Below are positions 8,257-16,727 of a stretch of 22,381 nucleotides of DNA, one piece after another (within the stretch, counting starts at the first letter, position 1; each line of letters starts with the position of its first letter). Source of the stretch: Promethearchaeota archaeon (GTDB lineage Archaea > Asgardarchaeota > Lokiarchaeia > Sigyniarchaeales > SOKP01). The position numbers and the translations under genes were made by a program. The stretch lies in NCBI GenBank assembly GCA_048941265.1, contig JBHLNT010000064.1:1-22381 (forward strand). The letters run 5' to 3'. Below the pieces are notes generated by a model. The model made no database searches and was not told where the DNA came from. It worked only from the letters and a program-made list of their open reading frames with translations.

Positions 8257-8532
8257 TTAAGATTCATTTTTTTTGTTTTTACCATTTTTATGAACAAGAT
8301 AAGTACTCGAATGTAATCTAAATTCTTCAATTTTTTTGAAATCGGGATTATTTTTCATGATCTTTTCTGCTTTTGTTTGTAAAATATGTAATAAATATTG
8401 AGATACACTTTTAAATCCTAAATTTGAATATTTTGTGATATAGGCTTCATATAACATTCGTAATTCATTAGGAATATTTAAAGTATAATAATCATAATTT
8501 TTTCTTGTTTTTTTTTGAGGCTTTTTACCCAT
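8257..8532 (-). CDS. RHH DNA-binding protein, paralog C (shorter C-terminus)
   Basis: MGKKPQKKTRKNYDYYTLNIPNELRMLYEAYITKYSNLGFKSVSQYLLHIL. ATG 8532 aligns with the paralog starts; the ORF track extends it to 8571. Confidence 0.75.
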   Translation of the reverse strand: MGKKPQKKTRKNYDYYTLNIPNELRMLYEAYITKYSNLGFKSVSQYLLHILQTKAEKIMKNNPDFKKIEEFRLHSSTYLVHKNGKNKKNES

Positions 8533-8592
8533 TTTAGTCAAAACCTTATTGGAACTGAAATAAACTGTCAAGTAATAGAGATTATTCTACCT

Positions 8593-8611
8593 ATAATTTC
8601 ACTTAAATTTA
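8593..8611 (-). promoter_or_regulatory. 19-bp motif upstream of RHH paralog C
   Basis: ATAATTTCACTTAAATTTA, 61 nt from ATG 8532. Confidence 0.7.
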
Positions 8612-8737
8612 GATAGATTTTTATATAATAAAATTAATTATATTATTTAATAAAAATTTGACTATAATTTGGTTTAGAAGTGACCTTTTTTTATATTAAA
8701 TTTAAAACAAAATGGTGAAATCAAAATTCAAAAAAAA

Positions 8738-10114
8738 ATGCTTTTAATCATATTAGGAATAATTTTCATCTTGCCAAATGTTCGGATTTCCAATGTTGAT
8801 CCTGGGCATAGCGATGAATTTGAAAAACCAGAAATCATTCTTACTGCTAGTGCTGAGGTTATACAAGAATTCAATCGAACTTGGGGAACCTCTGTTTCAT
8901 ATTGGGGAAATGATATTGCATTAGATTCCTTAGGAAATATATTTATCGCGGGAACTTCATTTAAAAGCGGAAATAGCTACGAATTATTACTTTTAAAATA
9001 TAATCGTACAGGAGATTTGCAATGGGAACGTTTTTGGGGTAAAACTTATGGTGATGAGGGTTATGCTGTGGCTATTGATTCTTCAGATGATATTTATCTT
9101 ACAGGATTTTTAAGAAGTGGTGGAGGAAATAAGGATATGTGTGTAATAAAATATAATAGTTCTGGTGAGGAACTATGGAATCGTACTTGGGGAAATGGAA
9201 ATGTTGAGGAAGTAGCGGGATTGGCAATCGATTCTTCAGACAATGTTTATCTTTCAGGATATACAAGTAGTTTTGCAGTTGGAGGTAGCGATTTCTGCTT
9301 AGTTAAATATAATAGTTCAGGAACACAGCTATGGAATCGTACCTGGGGCGGACAATTAAATGACGTTGGCAAAAATATTGCATTGGATAAATCTGGAAAT
9401 ATTTATTTAACAGGACGTTCAGCTAGTTTTGGGGCACAAAATTTTGATATATGTTTATTAAAATATAACAGTTCAGGTGATTTTCTATGGAATCAAACAT
9501 GTGGAGGAAATCTTGACGATAACGGGGCAGATCTCGCTTTGGATTCGGCTAACAATATCTATGTTACAGGATTTATAGAGACATCAGGTCCAAATCCCAG
9601 AGAGATATGTCTTGTAAAATTTAACAGTCTAAGTCAATATCAATGGAATCAAACATGGGGCTTAAAATCATATTATAATGATTGGGGTACTGCAATAGCC
9701 ATCGATCCTTCAGATAATATTTATATTTGGGGAACTATGGGTAAAGCTGTCTCTAATGATGAAATGATTCTGTTGAAATATAATAATCTTGGGCAATATC
9801 AATGGAATTATACATGGGGATACGGAAGTATTGATCATTCTGGAGGGATAATATTAGATTCTTTAAATAATATTTATTTATCAGGAACAACAGGTATTCA
9901 GGAGAAGTCAGTTCTAATAAAGCTTAATCTAATAACTCAATTACCTCCCTCTGTTTTTCCTAATGGCGATGATGATGACAATGATGAGAAGGGTGAAGAA
10001 GAGGCTATTCTCGGATATGATATGCTCATTTTGTTAGGATTAATATGTTTAACAATCATTATTATTCCTATTAAGCGATATAAATCCACAAGAAATCATA
10101 GAAATAAAAAATAG
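8738..10114 (+). CDS. Surface-anchored SBBP-repeat beta-propeller protein with Loki-CTERM-like sorting tail
   Basis: About 7 repeats of IAxDSSxNIYxxG...LxKYNSSGxxxWNxTWG. Hydrophobic N-terminus. C-terminus has an acidic linker, ILGYD, a TM helix and a basic tail. Confidence 0.85.
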   Translation: MLLIILGIIFILPNVRISNVDPGHSDEFEKPEIILTASAEVIQEFNRTWGTSVSYWGNDIALDSLGNIFIAGTSFKSGNSYELLLLKYNRTGDLQWERFWGKTYGDEGYAVAIDSSDDIYLTGFLRSGGGNKDMCVIKYNSSGEELWNRTWGNGNVEEVAGLAIDSSDNVYLSGYTSSFAVGGSDFCLVKYNSSGTQLWNRTWGGQLNDVGKNIALDKSGNIYLTGRSASFGAQNFDICLLKYNSSGDFLWNQTCGGNLDDNGADLALDSANNIYVTGFIETSGPNPREICLVKFNSLSQYQWNQTWGLKSYYNDWGTAIAIDPSDNIYIWGTMGKAVSNDEMILLKYNNLGQYQWNYTWGYGSIDHSGGIILDSLNNIYLSGTTGIQEKSVLIKLNLITQLPPSVFPNGDDDDNDEKGEEEAILGYDMLILLGLICLTIIIIPIKRYKSTRNHRNKK

Positions 10115-10159
10115 GATTCAGCAGCGAAGATCGAAAGATCCACAAAAAATCTAAAAAGC

Positions 10160-10224
10160 GAAGGAATGAGCTCAGATTTCGGTTGATTCTTGATTCAGGG
10201 TGAAATCACGAGCCTCAATCCTTC
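10160..10224. repeat. Long imperfect hairpin in an intergenic region
   Basis: Stems GAAGGA/TCCTTC, TGAG/CTCA, CTC/GAG and GATTTC/GAAATC. Preceded by a GATC-GAAA-GATC tetraloop hairpin at 10129-10140 and followed by a T-run. Confidence 0.55.
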
Positions 10225-10622
10225 TCATTAATTATTTTTTTTTTCTTTAAAAAATTTTCTTTTTCTAAGCAAAATTCTATAATTTTAATATTTTATTCGG
10301 AAAGATTATTGCTCACCCTATATTTTTACTTTTAATTAAAATCTTATTTTAACGTTCTTTTGATTTTTATATGATATTTATAGCTATAAAAATCCCCTTA
10401 AATAGCAAAAAGTCCCATATAACATCCTTAAAAATATTTTAAAGAAGTTAAGTTGGTCAAAATGAGAATTTGATTAAAAGCATCTGAATTTACTAAGATA
10501 GTAGAAAAAATTAGAATTAACACTACTGTCAATTTGATTTTATAGAATTAATGGTTTTTATATGATAGAAGATTATTGTTATTTTAAAATTAAACTCACT
10601 TAGTTTAAAAGGTAACCATAAA

Positions 10623-13433
10623 ATGAAATCTAATAAAAAAAAAGTCGGATTATTTATATTTTTAGGAATTATACTCGCCTTTTCAACCTTAAGCAACCTA
10701 AATATTAGCACAGGCCAAAGAATTAATGATAACAAGAAGGAAGTTCGGGAAGATACTAATTTAAGTAGACCTAAAACATCGGGATGGTGGGATAATTTCA
10801 CTTTTATTCATATTAATGGAAATTGGTCAATTGCCGCTGGGTATGAGTGGTGTACTGGCGATGGTTCACTGGACAAGCCTTATACTATCGAAAATATTAC
10901 CATGAACGCAGGTAATTCGCCTACGGGAAGTGGAATCTATATACAGAATTCCCATAATGATTATTTCATAATCAGAAATTGCACGGTTTACAATTCGGCT
11001 AGTGGAGCATATGACGCGGGAATCAAATTAGAAAATACAAATAAGGGAACGCTCACGAATAACAACTGCTCGGATAATGGAATGAATAATATCTTATTGT
11101 ACAATGAATGTGATAATAATACGTTATCGGAAAATTTTGTAAACGGTAATACATTTTACGGTATAATAATCTATAATAACTGTGATAATAACACCATAAT
11201 TGGAAACACAGTGAACGGTCATATCTTCCATGGGATATACTTATATGGGAATTGCCTTAATAACGCGATCAAAAACAATATCGCAAGTGATAACGACCAG
11301 CGTGGAATATTCTTATGGGGGTGTAGTAATAATTTCATCTCTGGTAATAATGCAAGTGATAATGGCATGATCGGGATAGACATATATTCGAATAGCCATA
11401 ATAATACCATTTCAAGAAATATAGTTGGCAACTTTAAGGTGTCGCCAAACCAAGATTATGGTCTATACTCTACAACTAATTGCGACAACAACACCATTAA
11501 GGGAAATTTCTTCAAAGATAACACCCAATATGGAATATATATAGCTGCATCAACCTGCTGGAATAATTTATTATATCAAAATTCCCTAAAAGGAAATGTT
11601 ATATCACATGCGCGAGACGATGGTACCAATAATCACTGGAATAATTCGAGAATTGGGAATTATTGGGACAACCATACAATCCCAGATACCAACAAGAATG
11701 GAATTGTTGATACCCCCTATAAGTGGATTATAGGTACAGCAGGAAGCAACGACAGTTTTCCGCTTGCCGAAAGTCCAGTTCATGATGGTGAAAAAATCCA
11801 CATAGACGATACTGGTATGAGTGCTTTAAATTGGAGCATCCTGGCTGATTTAACTTTTTGGTGTACTGGCTCAGGAACTCTTATTGATCCATATATTATC
11901 GATGGTTTAGAAATTGATTGTGCTAATTTGGGAAACGGAATTTTAGTAGGAAATTCAAGTGTTTATTTCAATATCACGAATTGCAGCGTATATAAAGCAG
12001 GAAGTGGGATATATGATGCGGGTATTAAGTTAGAAAATACAAATAATGGAAGCTTAATAAATAATACCTGTTTAAACAATGGATTTCATGGTATTCACTT
12101 AAATGATAATTGTAATAATAATACAATAATAAGAAATATTCTAAAGCAAAATGGCTATGGGATATATGTATATAATAATTGTACTGAGAACTATATCTCT
12201 GATAACACAGCAAACGATAATGGTAATGGAATAACACTAAATGGTGATTGTAACAACAATACAATTACAGGAAATAACGTAAACGATAATACTCAAAGAG
12301 GGATATACTTATATAAAAATTGTAAGAACAATACGATTTCAGAGAACAAAGCAAGTTATACTGGAATAAATACACAAAATTATGGGATATCTCTAAATGA
12401 TAATTGTGATAAAAACACAATTTCTGGAAACACAGCATGCGATAATGATTTTAACGGGATCTTTTTAGAGAATCATTGTGATAACAACACTATTTCTGGA
12501 AATAATGCAAATAATAATTCTGATAATGGCATATATTTAAATAGCTGTGATAATAACACAATCTTGCTAAATACAGCTAGTGATAATGATGAGTGCGGGA
12601 TAAAATTATGGCTCTGCTCTTACAACAACGTAACAAGAAACATCATGATCGGAAATGATAACGATGGGATATATTTAAGATCGCTTAGCGAACATAACAT
12701 AATTTCGGAAAATTATGCAAATAATAACGCTTACGGAATATGTTTAAACATAGATTGTAGATACAATAATTTTACACAAAATTACCTATATTACAATAAA
12801 TTAGGAGGATTCACAATTAATACTAGTGATTGTATTAAGAATTTATTTGAATTGAATGTTATAGTCTCTACCGTTGGTAGAGTTTTCTTTGATGGTGGAA
12901 CCAACACAATATTAACCCAGAATTATTTACGAGAATCTCCCCCTAGTTTTATTGTTGAAGTTATTGCCCAATCGTTTTCTATATCCGAATTTGTTGTTAC
13001 TCTTAACATTTCTAGTTATTGTATAGGTCTAGAGGTTTCTACTCTTACTTTTCAGATGTGGTGGAACGGAACTACGTCAACTGTAAATTATATCGCTGAC
13101 CTTGGACAAGGTTTATACAATATCTCCTTAACTCCTATACTCGTTGAGCCAGATGAGGATCCAATATTATTTAACATGACAATTTCGGCTTTATATCATC
13201 GTAGTAGATATTTTACATTGAATTTAAAGGTGGACCCTGAAACAGTTGATAAAAATCCTGAACCTACGCCCACTCCATCGGATGGAGGTGGAGGAGGAGG
13301 GGGTGATGGTGATGGTGAAGGTGATACGGCAACAGTGGTTATCGGTACAAATTTAGCAGCTTTTACAGTTGGAATTCTTACAATTGTCTCTATTATGTTA
13401 ATCAAAAAGCGAAAAAAGCTCATTCGGAAATAA
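10623..13433 (+). CDS. Secreted, membrane-anchored right-handed parallel beta-helix (NosD/PbH1-like) protein with two tandem modules
   Basis: Signal peptide MKSNKKKVGLFIFLG. Many GIYL...CxNNTIxxN repeats; GNYWD...DxxxNGIVDTPY cap. The block WCTG.G...PY.I...YDAGIKLENTN occurs twice. PT/poly-G linker, C-terminal TM helix and KKRKK. Confidence 0.88.
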   Translation: MKSNKKKVGLFIFLGIILAFSTLSNLNISTGQRINDNKKEVREDTNLSRPKTSGWWDNFTFIHINGNWSIAAGYEWCTGDGSLDKPYTIENITMNAGNSPTGSGIYIQNSHNDYFIIRNCTVYNSASGAYDAGIKLENTNKGTLTNNNCSDNGMNNILLYNECDNNTLSENFVNGNTFYGIIIYNNCDNNTIIGNTVNGHIFHGIYLYGNCLNNAIKNNIASDNDQRGIFLWGCSNNFISGNNASDNGMIGIDIYSNSHNNTISRNIVGNFKVSPNQDYGLYSTTNCDNNTIKGNFFKDNTQYGIYIAASTCWNNLLYQNSLKGNVISHARDDGTNNHWNNSRIGNYWDNHTIPDTNKNGIVDTPYKWIIGTAGSNDSFPLAESPVHDGEKIHIDDTGMSALNWSILADLTFWCTGSGTLIDPYIIDGLEIDCANLGNGILVGNSSVYFNITNCSVYKAGSGIYDAGIKLENTNNGSLINNTCLNNGFHGIHLNDNCNNNTIIRNILKQNGYGIYVYNNCTENYISDNTANDNGNGITLNGDCNNNTITGNNVNDNTQRGIYLYKNCKNNTISENKASYTGINTQNYGISLNDNCDKNTISGNTACDNDFNGIFLENHCDNNTISGNNANNNSDNGIYLNSCDNNTILLNTASDNDECGIKLWLCSYNNVTRNIMIGNDNDGIYLRSLSEHNIISENYANNNAYGICLNIDCRYNNFTQNYLYYNKLGGFTINTSDCIKNLFELNVIVSTVGRVFFDGGTNTILTQNYLRESPPSFIVEVIAQSFSISEFVVTLNISSYCIGLEVSTLTFQMWWNGTTSTVNYIADLGQGLYNISLTPILVEPDEDPILFNMTISALYHRSRYFTLNLKVDPETVDKNPEPTPTPSDGGGGGGGDGDGEGDTATVVIGTNLAAFTVGILTIVSIMLIKKRKKLIRK

Positions 13434-13535
13434 TATACTCAAAATAATTGCATTTATTATTCTAAATTCCTTTTTTTTTATCTCTTATCTTATTAAATTT
13501 GAAACCATCAAATATTTAAATTAGAATAAATCTTA

Positions 13536-14348
13536 ATGAGAAATATGAAGTTTATAGATCTTTCAATCCCGATAATTAATCCTGAGGAAGCCATTTTTGA
13601 TCCTCCTTTAACGACTCCTCATATTGAATATAGCGATCATGACACTGGCGCGGAACAAATGGGATTTGTATTTGCGAAATTAGTACCAGAAGAACACCTT
13701 CCTGATGGAAAAGGTTGGGCAGTTGAAAATATCACCTTAGGCACTCACAGTGGAACGCATATGGATGCACCATGGCATTTTGCCCCTATACAAGATAAGG
13801 AAATTGGTCAAAAAAAGGCAATGACAATCGATGAATTTCCATTGGAATGGGGTATTGGCCCCCTCATTGTATTAGACTGTACGGATTTTGAGGAAGGATA
13901 TGTAATGAGTCCAGAAGATATTGATAAGAAATTGGATGCAATTGGTCATAAATTACAAGAGGGAGATATTTTATGCGTCCATACAAATGCTCCTAAACAT
14001 TACGGAACTAAGGAATATATTAATCATGGGGTAGGTGTGGGGAAAGAAGCAACATTACATATAATTAGACAAGGAGTTCACGTAGTAGGCATCGATGCTT
14101 GGAGTTGGGATGCTCCTTTTACTTTAACCGCAAAAAAATGGAAACAATCAGTAAAAGATAAACAACCTGACAAATCTATTATCTGGGAGGGCCATTTTGC
14201 CGGTATTGAATTAGGTTATTTTCAAATGGAAAAGATGTTAAATCTTGATAAGGTCCCCTCATTAGGAGCGACAATTTATTGTTTTCCAATAAAAATCGCC
14301 AGAGCTTCGGCAGGATGGGTACGCGCAGTGGCAACCGTTCCAGATTAA
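13536..14348 (+). CDS. Cyclase family / kynurenine formamidase-like metal-dependent hydrolase
   Basis: IDLS at the N-terminus, metal motif HSGTHMDAPWH, VGIDAWSWD, FPIKI...AGWVRAVA. Confidence 0.9.
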   Translation: MRNMKFIDLSIPIINPEEAIFDPPLTTPHIEYSDHDTGAEQMGFVFAKLVPEEHLPDGKGWAVENITLGTHSGTHMDAPWHFAPIQDKEIGQKKAMTIDEFPLEWGIGPLIVLDCTDFEEGYVMSPEDIDKKLDAIGHKLQEGDILCVHTNAPKHYGTKEYINHGVGVGKEATLHIIRQGVHVVGIDAWSWDAPFTLTAKKWKQSVKDKQPDKSIIWEGHFAGIELGYFQMEKMLNLDKVPSLGATIYCFPIKIARASAGWVRAVATVPD

Positions 14349-14383
14349 ACCAAAAAACTTTTAAGATAATACTAAAATTTTTT

Positions 14384-16627
14384 TTAACCTTCTGTAAATA
14401 TTTCTTTTATTAATATGGTATCATCCCTAAAGGGAGCTAGCATGCCGTTCCAGTCAGCTAAGACATTTTTATGTTTCTTCCCAAATCTGTCGATGAAATC
14501 TACTAATTGTTCTCTTATTTCAGAGGTTTCATTTCCTTTAATAAATAACGCGCCAAAAAAATTGAGACCATATTCAAGTAAAATAGTGATATCACCATGG
14601 TCTATGGTCTTTAACAATTCGGTGGATTTAGTGGTCTCTTTAATAAATGAGGTTAATGCTGAGAACATACCCGAAATAAGTCCGGGATCTTGGAGCTGTT
14701 CTTTAACAAAAGGATAATGGAGAAGATCTCTCCCGTCTTTATAAATTACGTAGAGCCCCTGTTTTTCAACTTTTTCAAATCTATAATTGAATTCGGGTAA
14801 CCAGACTTTAATTTTGTTTGTTTTATAAAGATATTGCAAGGTGCTATATAATTTTTTTTTCTCAGTTTCATTGGTAGGTAGAATCTCCTGTAAGAATTTA
14901 TCCTGTTCTAACGCATTAAGGATGCTTTTTACGTCTTCATTCTCTTGTTCTATGTTTTCTTCAGTAATTTCAAAATTTTTAGAAATTAAATATCGATGAC
15001 TCTCATTAAGATATTCTTCATGGGTTAGGAAATCTCCAATTGTGGCTAATAATGTTTTTTCCACGAATTTATCATCAATAGTGGTTGTTTTTACCTTGAA
15101 ATCTTTTCTGAAATAGAAAATCATTAAGCCCCAAAATATCGTTGCCATAAGATATCTCGTAAATAGATAGGGAAGAGCCAATACTCCTAATAATGTTATT
15201 TTACCTCCAGGAAAGAGGTTGGCGTTAAATACTGCTGTTCTGAAAGTATAGAAATTGAAGCCAAATGCATCGGTGTAACTTAGTTGCCCCGTTAGCCAAT
15301 ATTCAAGAGGCGCAAAACTAATTAAAGGATTTGCCCCAAAGTAATAAAATACAATAGAAAGAATCATCACAATAGAGAAATAGACGACGATTCCTAAAAC
15401 AATATTTCTCAAATATTTTAAACTATAGGCAAAGAGATAGGCTGTTATGAATATAGGGATTATGATTAGTACTACTAAATTAAATATGTTCATGAGGTCA
15501 AATCTGAAAGAATTTCGTAAGGTTGGATTTTTAGTGCTAAATCTAGCTGAATCTATAATGACACGATGCTCTTCCCGAAATAAACCAATAAGAGGATTGA
15601 AAACTAAAATGGATAAAATAAGAAAGATGCCAGTTGCCGCTGCACTTGAGACCAACATATAATACCAATTTGTCGCTTTAAATTTCTGCGTCTTATCTTT
15701 TCTCTTCTTCCAATATTCAATAATTTTTACAAAGATGAATATCGAGATGGGTTCAAATATTTTCAGAAATAGCACAAAGATGATTGAAACCATGATGAAA
15801 TATGCAAAAAAATAAATGATAATGAATATTGAAGCGGTGTATTGAACTATAAAGAGAATAAGAGATAAGATGGATATAGGTGCGCCAACACTATAAAGCG
15901 ATCTGTAAGTTTGTTTTCGCAGTTTGTTACCCCAGTACCTCCCTTTTATAGCAATCTTACTGGAAAATAACAATTCGATGCTAAAAATAAAAGTTGCCAA
16001 ATATACAAGTAAAATCTCGATAAACCACCCTAAAGCAGACTCACCTGTAGTTAAAGAAATATTTTGTAACCCGGATATATCTAAAATAGTCTGTAATAGG
16101 TAAAGAGAAATGGGTAATAAGACGATCATCAGTTTTAAGATTTCTTTTTCTCGTGTCCAATCATTTTTCATTAACTCTCTTCGGATTTTATCAAACGGAC
16201 TTTCATCAAATTCGTATGTGAGATAAGTCAAATTTTCTTGTATCGTTCCCTCTTCAGTTCTAAGGTGATTCCATAACAAAACAAAGGAAATAAACGGTGC
16301 TACAAGGAAGATAAACGGCAAAGTTACAAGGGGATAAAAAGCAAATAAAACAAATAGCGAACCTATATGCGCGGCCAAATATCTGATACCTAATGCAAAA
16401 TTTTCACTTTCACTTCCCTCAGTAATTAGTTTATTAGGCGCTTGTCCTATCTGAAAGATTATAGGCAAAACCCAATAAATAAAATAAAAGACAATTGCGC
16501 CCACCACAATTCTAAAGTAATATTTTCCAATACTCTTCTTCCAAATGAATAAAAGCGGAATAATCAAAATAATGAGGGGAAGACCATTAAGAAAAAATGA
16601 GAACAAAATGTCAATCATACTTTTCAC
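14384..16627 (-). CDS. Polytopic membrane protein (~11 TM) with C-terminal longin-like domain (GTG start, or ATG 16618)
   Basis: About 11 hydrophobic segments in aa 1-506. The last ~125 aa (GLYVIYKDGRDLLHYPF...DPGLISGMFSALTSFIKE...IDHGDITILLEYG..FGALF...DWNG...F...IKEIF) fit the bb-a-bbb-aa longin pattern common in Asgard proteins. Confidence 0.8.
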   Translation of the reverse strand: MKSMIDILFSFFLNGLPLIILIIPLLFIWKKSIGKYYFRIVVGAIVFYFIYWVLPIIFQIGQAPNKLITEGSESENFALGIRYLAAHIGSLFVLFAFYPLVTLPFIFLVAPFISFVLLWNHLRTEEGTIQENLTYLTYEFDESPFDKIRRELMKNDWTREKEILKLMIVLLPISLYLLQTILDISGLQNISLTTGESALGWFIEILLVYLATFIFSIELLFSSKIAIKGRYWGNKLRKQTYRSLYSVGAPISILSLILFIVQYTASIFIIIYFFAYFIMVSIIFVLFLKIFEPISIFIFVKIIEYWKKRKDKTQKFKATNWYYMLVSSAAATGIFLILSILVFNPLIGLFREEHRVIIDSARFSTKNPTLRNSFRFDLMNIFNLVVLIIIPIFITAYLFAYSLKYLRNIVLGIVVYFSIVMILSIVFYYFGANPLISFAPLEYWLTGQLSYTDAFGFNFYTFRTAVFNANLFPGGKITLLGVLALPYLFTRYLMATIFWGLMIFYFRKDFKVKTTTIDDKFVEKTLLATIGDFLTHEEYLNESHRYLISKNFEITEENIEQENEDVKSILNALEQDKFLQEILPTNETEKKKLYSTLQYLYKTNKIKVWLPEFNYRFEKVEKQGLYVIYKDGRDLLHYPFVKEQLQDPGLISGMFSALTSFIKETTKSTELLKTIDHGDITILLEYGLNFFGALFIKGNETSEIREQLVDFIDRFGKKHKNVLADWNGMLAPFRDDTILIKEIFTEG

Positions 16628-16727
16628 ACACTTTCCTTTAAGATAAGAATTAGTATCTATTTAAAATAAATGTATATAAATTCTATTATAATACATAGGG
16701 AATTTTGAATATTTTTAATTTTGGATT

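Noticed and set aside
5951-8611. Three 19-bp repeats as a CRISPR array or IS ends
   Set aside because: Spacing is hundreds to thousands of bp, each copy is tied to an RHH gene start, and there is no cas or transposase gene.
10160-10224. Hairpin as a eukaryote-like SECIS element
   Set aside because: ATGA is present on the 5' arm but pairs canonically with TCA. There is no opposing GA for the kink-turn, and the upstream gene has no in-frame TGA.
10529-13423. Minus-strand ORFs 10529-10801, 11219-11431, 11604-11801, 12025-12264, 13196-13423
   Set aside because: Antisense shadows of the beta-helix gene. The poly-Pro in 13196-13423 is only the complement of the poly-Gly linker, not a profilin ligand.
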